A DNA stretch of 64,000 nt, taken from assembly GCF_001194135.2 (NCBI RefSeq), contig NC_068987.1, positions 54,977,268-55,041,267 of the forward strand, given 5' to 3'. Shown here piece by piece: positions 23,830-35,111 of this stretch. A program made the position numbers and the translations under genes. Under the pieces are notes generated by a model. That model saw only the letters and a program-made list of their open reading frames with translations, had not been told where the DNA came from and did no database searches. Source of the DNA: Octopus bimaculoides (lineage: Eukaryota). Position 1 is the first letter of the stretch, and every line of letters starts with the position of its first letter.

Positions 23830-24490
23830 AGTGATATTAGATGTGGAGCTAGTCAGACTGTCTGCGAGCTGCCCTAGTCTTGAGGTGATTGCAATGACAG
23901 GCTTATGGTGAGATTTATCTTCCAACCATAAATTATAGGAACTATGGCTTAAATTGACCATATAGCAGAGTGGGCCAACATCCCTTGTGTGAGTGTATGT
24001 ACCAGCATGTGTCTGAATGTATGTATACACATCCCCACCTAAGCTAGTTAACTAAACGACCTTTCACCCTCTTGACATTCTATCCTGCATATATCTTTCC
24101 CTTTTTTTTTTCTAGTACCATTCCTTTGTCTTGAACCCAATGTAACTCTATCCATCCCTGTCCATCCATTCACTGACCCTACATTTTTTTTTGTCTTTTT
24201 GTTATCAATAGTTATTTGTCTATACTTACAAATGTTTGCAATTCTTATTGAAAGATAGAATTGAAAAAAGGTAGCAATGTTTCATTCCCTAACCAGCTGG
24301 GCATATAACATGACAGCCAAATGTCAGGATCTTTAGCCAGAAACGACTTTATGTATGGGTGTACCTGATGAGACCCAGAATGCAGAATGGATGCAACACA
24401 TGTTGACTGGAATCCCACCCATATGGGTCAAAACGATCATTGTACAAAATAACGATTAATAACAAATCCATCTTCTGGTTACTTAAGAAA
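23830..24490 (+). mobile_element. Penelope-like retroelement 3' relic: decayed GIY-YIG C-terminus, pyrimidine-rich UTR, hammerhead motif
   Basis: Translation SDIRC...GDCNDRLMVRFIFQP, then YGLN after a frameshift (23943-23954), resembles the PLE endonuclease end (E.RFIF.L.T..P.GLN). Hammerhead motif follows at 24360-24446. Confidence 0.6.
24360..24446 (+). ncRNA. Type I hammerhead ribozyme motif, degenerate (two CpG-type G>A changes)
   Basis: tgtac-CTGATGA-gaccca[loop]tgggtc-(g>a)AAA-cgatc-(g>a)TT-gtaca; stems I and II pair perfectly. Confidence 0.65.
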
Positions 24491-25569
24491 TTATTATTAT
24501 TATTTTATATATAATATATATTTAGTTACTGTGACTCAAGGGCTGAGGGGTGCATTGGCACTTACCGGTGCACAACATTCTTGGTTCTGGAGTCACCCTG
24601 TAACTTGTGATAATTTATAAAATATATATATACTCATGTTCTGAATGGTATTTTCTTGTTTGCTTCACCAAACCTGTGTGTGTGTAGGGGGTGCCTTGTA
24701 CTCAAGAAGACCCATCCTCTTCAGCAGAAGTGTTAAGCTGCTGCCCTTGATGAAGAGGATTGGCCTGCAAAAGTCTGGTACAGGTGCCATGTAAAAGTGC
24801 TCATGCTGGTGTCACATTAAAAGCACCCAGCATACACTGTAAAGTGGTTTATATTAGGAAGGGCATCCAGCCATATAAACCAAGCCAAATCAGACTGGTA
24901 CCTAATACAGCTCTCCACCTTGCCAGCTCTGATCAAACTGTCCAACCCATGCCAACACAGAAAACAGATGTTGAGGGATAATAATGCGGATATATATATT
25001 TTAAATGCATGTGACAACCAAATTTTTAAATGCATAATTTCCAAAGTGGGTTGTTTATAATCATTGTTAAAATACTCACAGAAAGCATATGTATCATTTA
25101 TATAAATTCATGTCAAGAATTATCTTAATTTATCCATATTAGTATAATTACATTGTTAAATACCATATTCTAAAGTGTGTGTGTGCACGTGCATTTTAGT
25201 GTGATAAAATTAATTTCCAAATGATTTATTACTATCAATTAAAAATAACAATGCTTTCAATAACTTCCTTCCTCCACAATAATATAAATTCCTGCTTGCT
25301 TCCTCATTCTAGTTGCTCACTTAAATATTAAAGGCAAAGGTTATTGAACAACAAGAAGTATTCTCAGTTCTTGTTGGGCTGTACCTGTCAGTTATTATTA
25401 CTAATTCTCCACCCATTTCCAACATTTTCTCCTTCCACTCCTCATCAAGATTTATTTTTTAAAAAAGTTTTCCTTGGTGTAATATTTTATATTCTCAACC
25501 TGCTAGACATAGTAGCCAAATCACCCTCTAGCATCTTAAATGAAAAGGACGCTTAGCAGATATAGCTCT

Positions 25570-25779
25570 AAATCCCTGGTTCTTAACCAAGGTCCATACA
25601 AGGTTTTGTTCTACGATCTACAAAATATTTTTTAACAATTTTTTTTCATACAACTCCTAATAATATTTAATTATAAGAATATAATAGGATTTTATTTAAG
25701 CATCAAATGGCTAGGAGGCTACATTCAAGTAGAATAGGAATCAAAGGGATCCATAGACAAAGATGGTTGAGAAACAGTG
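25570..25779. mobile_element. hAT (Charlie/Buster-like) MITE, degenerate
   Basis: Ends resemble cagtggttctcaac/gttgagaa...ctg; ctctagac on the right flank; related to 48716-49037. Confidence 0.55.
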
Positions 25780-26792
25780 CTCTAGACACACCTTTTGGAA
25801 AAAATAAAGGTTTTCATGACCGGTATACTCTTGATAATTAAATCTAATCAACCATGCTTGACCTAGGGCTGAAAAGCAGTGTGAAGTTCCAATAACTCAA
25901 GGAAGTTCTTGTAATTTTACCATTTCACTTATGCCATGTAATGTATCAACTCTTTTCATACCAATGCATTACAGATTGTCCTTGGTTCTCTGATATAGAT
26001 TTCCTGTTTTAATGTCATTTGCATTAAAACCTATCGAAAATTCGTGTTTATTTATATTCCAAACACCAGCTTAATAAATGACAAAGTTATTTTATTAAAT
26101 TCTTCATTATTCTCAAAATTAATTAAAACAAAAGACTGTGTTTCAATAGAAATATGGTAACAAAAGGGTAGATGCCACAACATTTTATTTCCCTACTTTC
26201 CTCTGAAGTCACTTAAGTTGATCACCTGGTATTTGATGTCTCCTAATAATCTTTAGGATAAACATTGGATATTGATTTTCTTGGTGGAAACAGATATAAT
26301 TGGTGATTCACCAAACAGTGATTTGAACACGGAACTTGAAGAAATAAAACTAGATATTGTTAGGCTGTCTGATGCTTTTACCATTTTTGCTATCTGATTA
26401 TTCAAAATATTTTCTTGTTTGCACATTTGATTTGTTTCTGTGTGGTTTTACCATTATTCTTCTTTCCACTAATATCCAACATTCTGGAAGTTTACTCTGA
26501 TTTTGTTAGGTTAGTTTGATTCATGACTATGTTTAACTCCTTTGTTACCATATTTACTGTTCAAATTTCCAGATACTGCTACTCACCCTTATAGTATGGA
26601 ATAGCCATGTATCTCATCTATAGCAAGATATCTGTTCTTGTCTCTTTCTGTCTTACACTAGCCTCTCAACACCTGGCATAAAAGCCACCTCCCCCATCCT
26701 AATGCTCCACCCCACTTAGTCATGGATGGAGCTTTTCTCTTTCCTGTTCTTTTCTGTTTCGCAATTTAATAGGCAATCTCACTAGTGCTGGT

Positions 26793-27182
26793 GTGGAGGC
26801 GCAATGGCCCAGTGGTTAGGGCAGCGGACTCGCGGTCATAGGATCGTGGTTTCGATTCCCAGACCAGGCGTTGTGAGTGTTTCTTGAGCGAAAACACCTA
26901 AAAAGCTCCATGAGGCTCCGGCAGGGGATGGTAGCAGATCCTGCTGTATTCTTTCGCCACAACTTTCTCTCACTCTTACTTCCTGTTTCTGTTGTGCCTG
27001 TAATTTGAAGGGTCAGCCTTGTCACACTTTGTGTCACTCTGAATATCCCCGAGAACTACGTTAAGGGTACATGTGTCTGTGGAGTGCTCAGTCACTTGCA
27101 CGTTAATTTCACGAGCAGGCTGTTCCGTTGATCGGATCAATTGGAACCCTCGTCGTCGTATGCGACGGAGTGCCAATAACAA
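26793..27182 (+). mobile_element. Young full-length SINE (head A, tail B) inserted into a family C element
   Basis: 15-bp TSD cactagtgctggtgt (26780-26794 and 27183-27197). Confidence 0.9.
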
Positions 27183-27618
27183 CACTAGTGCTGGTGTCAT
27201 GAAAAAAAACCCCACCTAGTACACACTGTAAGGTGGTTGGCATTGGGAAAGGCATCTAGCCTTAAAAAAACATGCCAAAGTTGACACTGGATCTTGACAC
27301 AGCCCTGTTGTTTGCTGGATCCTGTCAAACCATCTAACACATGCCAGCATGGAAAAGAGATATCAAATAGCAATGATAATATACTGCATTTGTTTCAATT
27401 TATTTCGAAAAGAATGAAGAATTTAATAAAAGTAACTGTCATGATAAGCTGATGTTTAGAATATGAATTAACATGGAATTTTGATGGAGATTTTTAATTT
27501 AACTCTCTTTGAAATAGGGAATTTGTATCATGGAGTCAAGGCGGTATCAAGAGTTAATGCTAATGATATCTTTCACTGTAAACTGGAAATAACTTCATTT
27601 AAGAACTGGTCTTCATAG

Positions 27619-27678
<60 letters not shown>

Positions 27679-28779
27679 TCTCCTCTCTCTCTCTCTCATA
27701 TATATGCACACACACACAAAGCAGCATAGTGTAATTAGTTTTAAATTTGCATTTATTTTCAGTTTGAAATTTCACATAGATAAAACAATTTTTAACAATT
27801 TTTTTTTTATATATGGGTTAAGATTTTTTGCAAAAATATATCAATTCAAAATTTAGTTTCTATTGAATATTTATTTATATATTGCCCTTTCAAAAATAAA
27901 TTGAATAATTTTCAGTTACTGAATTTTCTACCCCCTAAAACAGAATGTTTATTTACCTATAAATAGCTGTCATGGTTTATTGTAAATAGCCGAGTCCTTT
28001 TTATCTAAATCAAGTTAATTCAAGAGAACTAATTTCAGAATCTGATTACTTAATGGAACTGATTGAATAGATGTTGACGTGGCATATAGATAAAAAAAGT
28101 TTGTAGAGGTGGCCAGTTATGGAGTGTTGGATCTTGTCTACTTCAGCTTTGGTTGAAGATGTCCAAAGATGTTTGTTTGATTGTGTTTAATCTTGAGCTG
28201 TTGTCTCATTTATTCTTTTACTTTGTTTCACTCATTGATCTGTGGCCATGCTGGGGCACTGCTTTGAAGAATTTAGTCAAATTGACCCCAGTGCACATAT
28301 TTTTAAATCCGGTATTCTGTCAATCTCTTTTGCAGAACTGCTAGGTTATGGGGACGTAAACAGTCCAGCATTGGTTGTCAAGCATTGTGGAGACAAACAC
28401 AGACTTGCATGCACACAACAGGCTTTCATATAGTTTGTCTACCAAGCTCACATACAAAGTATTGGTGACCAGTGGCTATAGTTAGACACTTGGCCAAGTT
28501 GCTGTGCAGTAGAACTGATATCATTGCTAGTGTTCTTTATATATATTTTTTGTTTACTGTGATTGAATAATGAAAAAAAGATTAAAAGAATTATTTTGGC
28601 AACATTTACTGGGTGTTTAGATTTGTGTTTTGGCAAAGAAGAGATTCTTAGAACAGCATTGGCACATACCTAAGAACCATCATTGAAGAATCTTGATATA
28701 GATTCAAATTTAACAGGTACTCACACTGTGATATGTTATATCTATCATGTAAATCATAATTTTAATGTGTTGTTATTCC

Positions 28780-29180
28780 CTGCTGGCAAATGTTGGGGCA
28801 GGTCTGCAGCAAGAATATATATCACAATTCTTGACAATACTGCATCATCTGGTCTGATTAGTGAAACATACTCAGATGTAAAGGATATATTTCATGTGCT
28901 TTTCGCTTCAGATAGCTTCCACTGTCAACTCACAACACATGTTCACCCAGCAGGTGTCATGCATTTGCATTATATGCCCATAGCAGTACAAAACCTCTTG
29001 TACATACTCACTAGCTTAATGCCTAGTTGTCATCTTCTTGCATTTCATATTTCATGTTTAACCTGTTATCATCACACAGATTCAGAGGTAATACTGAATT
29101 CATTTCTATCCACCTTCTTCAAATTTTCTATATTTAGTGTTCAAGCTTTATTTCTATGCTGCATCATGCACCTTTTTGCA
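28780..29180 (-). mobile_element. Old RTE LINE ORF2 C-terminal fragment
   Basis: Minus strand VQEVLYCYGHIMQMHDTCWVNMCCELTVEA parallels MQERPLCWYGHVLRMNEDRCVMKCHSLTVEV in the RTE at 42045-42281. Confidence 0.6.
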
Positions 29181-29197
29181 CTTGTGCTTGCATGCAT

Positions 29198-29268
<71 letters not shown>

Positions 29269-31093
29269 CTCTTTTTTTTTTTTTTAATAGAGGTAAACAG
29301 CTTAATGAATTTCTTTTACTTCTTTCTTAACTCTAATAATAATGAATATCCATAAATTCATAACCTAAGACGTACTTTAGGGATTCCAGTTGGAAAATTG
29401 CCTTTGTAAATAAGGAATTTCTCAACCTAAAAACAGTGACCTGACAAAATTGTTAGTATGTTAGATAAAATGCTTAGTGGCATTTTGTCCATCTTTACAT
29501 TCTGTGTTTAAATTCCCTGAGGTTGATTTCCCCCCCCCCCCCTTTCATCCATCATTTTGGGGTTGATGGAATAAGTATCAGTTAAGCATTGAGGACGAAG
29601 TAATCGACTTACACACTCACTGAAAATTGCTGGCCTTCTGTAAAAAATTAGAATTATTTACACTTTACATCAGATTTTTTTTTTCCACCCCTTTTGATAT
29701 CAACCTGCCTGAGATGTGTTCTGTTTAAAGTGATATGAATTAAAAGCTATCAAAGTAGCCTCTTAAATTACATTCCAAACATCAGCATCAGCTAAATAAA
29801 GACAAAATTATTTTACTAGATTCTTCATTATTTTAAAAAATTAACTGAAGCAAAGGCTGTATATTTCAACAAATGTGGTCATGAAAAGGTTGATATTGAT
29901 CTGATGGATGCTAATGTTAAATAACAATGAGGCTGTTAATGTTATGCAATAAACGGTAATGTTGTGTACAAGACTGCCTTTTTTTTTCTCTTATATATAA
30001 AAAAGAAAATTGGGAAGGTGAACAAGTGAAGGTTGGTGGGTGAATATGGAAAAAAAGTTAAGAAACACTGCGTATTAAATAAAACAAGACAAGTACTTTG
30101 ATCCATATGGTGCTTAAAGTTTCTAATTATATCTTGTCTATGTATACATTTAGAAAATAGTTTCTTTGAATCACCCTAGCCTCATAATAGAGCGTCTGTT
30201 TATATACAATGTAAATTGTGTATGTTAAGTATGTAGTTTCTTTAAGCTAGTCTGACCCCTTTTTGCACTATTTCACTACCCTTGTGCCAATATTTGTGAT
30301 TCTATCTATAGCTTATAACTTATAAGAAGGATAGTCTTTGCCTCCTCGACACTGCATTTATTCTTCGGTGATGGACACTTTTATTTATGACTGCATTTCA
30401 CTGTATGTAAATATGGTATCTTGAGATTGTTATTGATTGTATTTTCAGTTCAAGTTTGTTTGGGGAAACCCACTGAGTGTGACAGAAAAACCTCCCACAT
30501 TTTACACAGTTATTGCTGTGGCACTAATTCAAGTTAAGTAATTGGCAACGGTGCCTTCATGTAGCTAATATTTCACTGTTTATTAAGGTGGCAGAACCGT
30601 TAGCACACTGGGTGAAATGCTTTGCAACATCTAGTCCTGCTTTACATTCTGAGTTCAAATTCCACCATGATCAACTTTGCCTTCTGTTGTTTCAGGATTG
30701 ATAAAATAAGTATCAGTTAAACACTGGGGTTAATTTAATTGACTTAGCCCCTCCCCCAAACCTGCTGGCCTTGTGCCAAAATATGAAGCCAATATTTAAC
30801 TATTTATTTTTTGGTGGTGGGCTCTAATGGTTGTGCTTTTGCATCCCAGTAGTCACAACATTGTGTGTGTGTGAAATATATCTTGTGATTGTCACTAATT
30901 GACTTTGATTTGGGTTTCTCACTGGGTGTGATAGAAAAACTTCCCACATTTTACAGCGCTATTGGTATTGCACTAGTCAAGTAGGTATCTAAACCTCGAT
31001 AATAACTGAAAAAAAAAGACAATAAAACTTGATCTATTTGAAGATATGTGCACTCCATGCATTTTCTGTTGAAACATTTATCAAGAATATCTG

Positions 31094-31131
<38 letters not shown>

Positions 31132-31954
31132 GCATCCTGTATGTTCCAGTCATGACCATCCCCTTTTTGTTCTCGGACAGTATAGAGAAAAAATTTTTTT
31201 ATCCTATGTGTCCTTCCATTTTTATTTTAATATTGCAGGGATTGATGTGAGAGAAATTTGATTTATTTCTAGTGACCACATAGTGACATTTTATTCATGC
31301 TTCTCTTAGATGGTGATTTCTAATATAGGCACAAGGTTACAAATTACAGGGAGAGGATACTGGGGCTAATACACCCAGCCATTTTTTTGTGGTGTGGGGA
31401 CCATATTTCTGTTAAAAATATATTGCCTTCGATTCTATTATGAAAACCATGAATAATTTTAGTAAAATATCTTTGCCATTATTGGTATTTATTCTTTTAC
31501 TTTTTTCAATCATTGGACTGTGGCCATACTGGTACTTGAAGGGCTTAATTAAACATATTGACCCCAGTGCTTATTCTACCAGTCTCTTGATGAACTGCTA
31601 AGTTATGGGAATGTAAACAGACAAGTTATCAAGCAATGTAGGGACACACACCCACACGCACATACCCACATGACTGGCTTCCGCACAGTTATTGTCTACC
31701 AAATCCACTCACAAGGCATTGGTAAACCTGGGGCTAACGTAGAGGACACTTATTCTTGGTGCCTCTCTTTGGGATTGAGCCTGAAACCATATGGTTGTGA
31801 AATCTACTGTTATGGAGAATAAATCAATATGATGTAAAGTGGTCTTATAGCATGCAATTTGATATAAAGCTTTCATTTTGTTCTCTATGTAGCAGCAGTC
31901 ATCAACCTTTTTTGCATCACAGACTGGTCCGGTGCTTATTTTGCTGATCTCTTA

Positions 31955-32342
31955 CTCTTTTACTTGTTTCAGTCATTTGACTGCGGCCATGCTAGAGCAC
32001 CGCCTTTAGTCGAGAAAATCGACCCCAGGACTTATTCTTTGTAAGCCTAGTACTTATTCTATTGGTGTCTTCTTGCCGGACTGCTAAGTTACAGGGACGT
32101 AAACACACCAGCATCGGTTGTCAAGTGATGGTGGAGGAGGACAAACACACACACCCACACCCACACACACATATACATATATACGATGGGCTTCTTTCAG
32201 TTTCCGTCTACCAAATCCACTCACAAGGCTTTGGTTGGCCCATGGCTATAGTAGAAGACACTTGCCCAAGGTGCCACGCAGTGGGACTGAACCCGGGCCC
32301 ATGTGGTTGGTAAGCAAGCTACTTACCACACAGCCACTCCTG
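31955..32342 (-). mobile_element. Young full-length SINE family D1, nested in an older D1 fragment
   Basis: Many CpGs intact; the flanks rejoin to an older D1 segment. Confidence 0.85.
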
Positions 32343-32786
32343 GTCTATTGACAAACTGCTAAGTTAATGGGGACATAAACAAACCAACACAGTGGCCTTA
32401 CAACATGCAATTTAATGTAGGTTTTTCATTTTGTTCCATGTAGCAGCAGTCCCCAACCTTTTTTGCATCACAGACAGGTTTCAGTTTCCCCCCTAGACCA
32501 AGGGATTACATGCATAACAAAACAAAATGCATAATATATTAATCTAAATATTACATATATAATACATATATGTGAAGGTATGTTGCCTGAAGGTTTGGGT
32601 GTTGCATTCATGATTGCTAGATTGTGGATTTAGTTCCAAGATAGGGTGGTGCGTTGTGTTCTTGAGCAAAACACTCCATTTTACATTGCTCTAGTGGGTG
32701 GAGGAGTAGCAGGAACATTGGCACATCGGCAGAATGATGTGTTACAGCATATCTTCTGGCTCTCTCCATTCTGAGTTTAAATCCAT

Positions 32787-33427
32787 ATTTGTCACAAAAA
32801 ATCATGTAAAAAAAATTTGCCGAAAACAATCGCAGTAATGAAAACATAGGAATCTAAAATTTCAGGATTCCAAGTCCAGATTCAGCCCGAAATGTTTTTA
32901 ATTTACTCATGGAGTTGGCCTTTAGATTATAAAAAATTTTATCGTACAAAAAAATTTGTCGCTAAAAGTCACGTAAAAAAATTGCGGGAAACAATCACAG
33001 TAATGAAAACTTGGGAATCCAGAATTTCAAGATTGTGGGTCCAGTTTCAGTCTGGAATGTTTATAATTTACTCATAGAGTCAGGCTGGAGCTACAGTCTC
33101 TAGGAGTAAAGTTGCAAAAGTGTGACATGCTGACACTCACATTTATTATATTATATTAAGGTGGCAAGCTGGTTGAATCGTTAACATGCCAGGTGAAATG
33201 CTTAGCAGTATTTCGTCTGCTGTTAGGTTTTGAGTTCTAATTCTGCCAAGGTCAACTTTGCCTTTCATCCTTTCATGGTCGATAAAATTAGTACCAATGA
33301 CATGCTGGTGTCAATGTAATCGACTTAATCCCATCCCCCAAAATTTTGGGCCTTGTGCTTCCTCAAGAAAGGATTTATTAAAGTTGAAAAAGCGTGACAC
33401 ACTGACATTCACATTTATTATATGAGA
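32787..33427. mobile_element. Helitron/Helentron-like (DINE-1/HINE-like) non-autonomous element with two ~165-bp internal tandem units and a nested family E SINE (33158-33378)
   Basis: Units at 32787-32918 and 32953-33086; terminal gtgtgaca...cacatttattata..gat motif, repeated at ~33828-33867. Confidence 0.4.
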
Positions 33428-34004
33428 TATGTTTAATTTTGGGGAAACTTATTTCAGTTAAAGTGTATTTTGTGTGTATGTGTGTGTCTGTGTCTGTGTA
33501 TTAAAGAAAGCAAAAAAATAAAACAAAAATGATAGTGTTCAGTATGTTGGCAACAGGAATTCCTGTCAAAGAGACATGGTTAAACAGTTGTACATCATCT
33601 CCCTCTTTCTCTCACACACCCACTCTTTCTCTCTCTCTTTTATTATTACTCCCACTGCCATCAACTCTCACTAAATTTCTGTCACTCTTTCTTTCCCTCT
33701 TTTTCTTTCTCTCTCTATCTCTTTGTCTACGCCACTGCCCTCACCGTCTCTATGCCTACTATTACACTCACCCCACCATGAGGAATAGTAGGAGTGTCAT
33801 TGAATAGTGAGAGAGAGGATCTAAGTCTGACAGACACAAATTAGTTTTCACATTTATTATATTAGATATAATACAAATAGAATGCAAAAACGCCCTGCAG
33901 ACTGCAATAGTGAATAAAATAGAAATAATATTAAAAAATTCTATCTGTGCAGCTCAATACCAAATGATCTGTGGCCTGGTGGTTGAGGGCCCTCTGCTTT
34001 ATAG

Positions 34005-34057
34005 GATATTTAGCTATTTTCTTCCCCACTTCCATGTTCTACTACATGGAAGTAGAG
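34005..34057 (+). other. Exon-shaped 53-nt segment containing a 10-bp hairpin
   Basis: Acceptor ccctctgctttatag, donor GAG|gtaaga; two frames are open; acttccatgt/acatggaagt stem at 34028-34053. Confidence 0.2.
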
Positions 34058-34299
34058 GTAAGATACCTTCTGTTGTTTTGGTGGTGGTAGTGATGATGAT
34101 GATAGTGGTGGTTTGTAATTAGTCTTCCGTCAATCATCTCCTGAGTAATAATATATCAGATTAACATCGTTAAAGTGTTGTTAATGCGAGACAAGATTTA
34201 AATATTTTACTTAGCTGTGTCCCTCTAGTACTTTTCATTTTTTAAAAATTTTTAACTCCTTTCTCTCTCTGCTCACATTTTGCATTTTCTTTCAGTTAT

Positions 34300-34730
34300 T
34301 ACTTAATCCTCTTTCTCTGCCTTTCTTATATATATATATATATTCCTTCTTTCATCTCTTCTCGTTTTCCTATCTCTCCATTACTCTTCTGACGCTTCTA
34401 TGCTTTCTATTTGTTCCTCTTTCTCCCTGTCCTTGATTCTCTCTCCTTCTTTGTCACCTCCCTCTCTCTCTCCTTTAGTTCACCTTTTTCCTTTCTCCAC
34501 TTCTTGTTTTCTTTTCTCTCTCTCTCTCTCCTTGTTTTCTTTGGTTTCCTTGTTCATCTCTTTTTTTTTTTGTCTTGCTCATTTTCTTTCCCTTCCCCCC
34601 TCTCTCTCTCTCTCTATTTGTCCTTTCTTTCTTCATTCCTCACCAGTTGTCTTCCATCACCTTTCACTACATCTGCCTCTTTCTCCACTCTGCTTCACAC
34701 AGTTCTTTCCCTTTCTCTCTCTCTCATGCT
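34300..34730. repeat. Polypyrimidine (CT-rich) low-complexity tract
   Basis: Directly visible. Confidence 0.9.
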
Positions 34731-35044
34731 TTTAATTAAATTTCTATCATAGTCTCCTGTGATTAATTAGTACATATATAATAATTCTTAATTTCCCATT
34801 GTGGGTTTTCTGTATTTCTTCTTGTGGGACTATTGTATAATTCATGCAGGTATTGATTTCCCAATGATGATGATGATGTATATCCTATAGTGCGTAACTT
34901 ATTAGTCAGCATTCCTGCACTAATAGTACAACGTTGTACTCAATACTTACTGTGTAATTTCATTCCTCTATGATTGCGGTTTCCAGTCCTACTTGGGCCA
35001 GTCTTATTTTTAATTTTAAGTTTGTTAAAATAAGTATTAGACAT

Positions 35045-35111
35045 AGTATCAGATTAAGACAAGGGCTTTAGGGGCTGCAAAACCCTAAAGCCCATATCTT
35101 AATCTGGCGCT
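35045..35111. repeat. Mini fold-back / hairpin, possibly a collapsed Harbinger- or hAT-type MITE
   Basis: cagattaaga-caa-gggctttaggg [gctgcaaaa] ccctaaagccc-ata-tcttaatctg. Confidence 0.7.

Noticed and set aside
28683-29330. 215-aa plus-strand ORF, the longest gap-free ORF
   Set aside because: Antisense to a decayed RTE fragment and extended by a (CA)n tract; no protein-like features.
34925-34940. Perfect 16-bp palindrome agtacaacgttgtact; also short hairpins at 51304-51337 and ~12868
   Set aside because: Short enough to arise by chance or slippage in 64 kb of AT-rich DNA; no supporting context.
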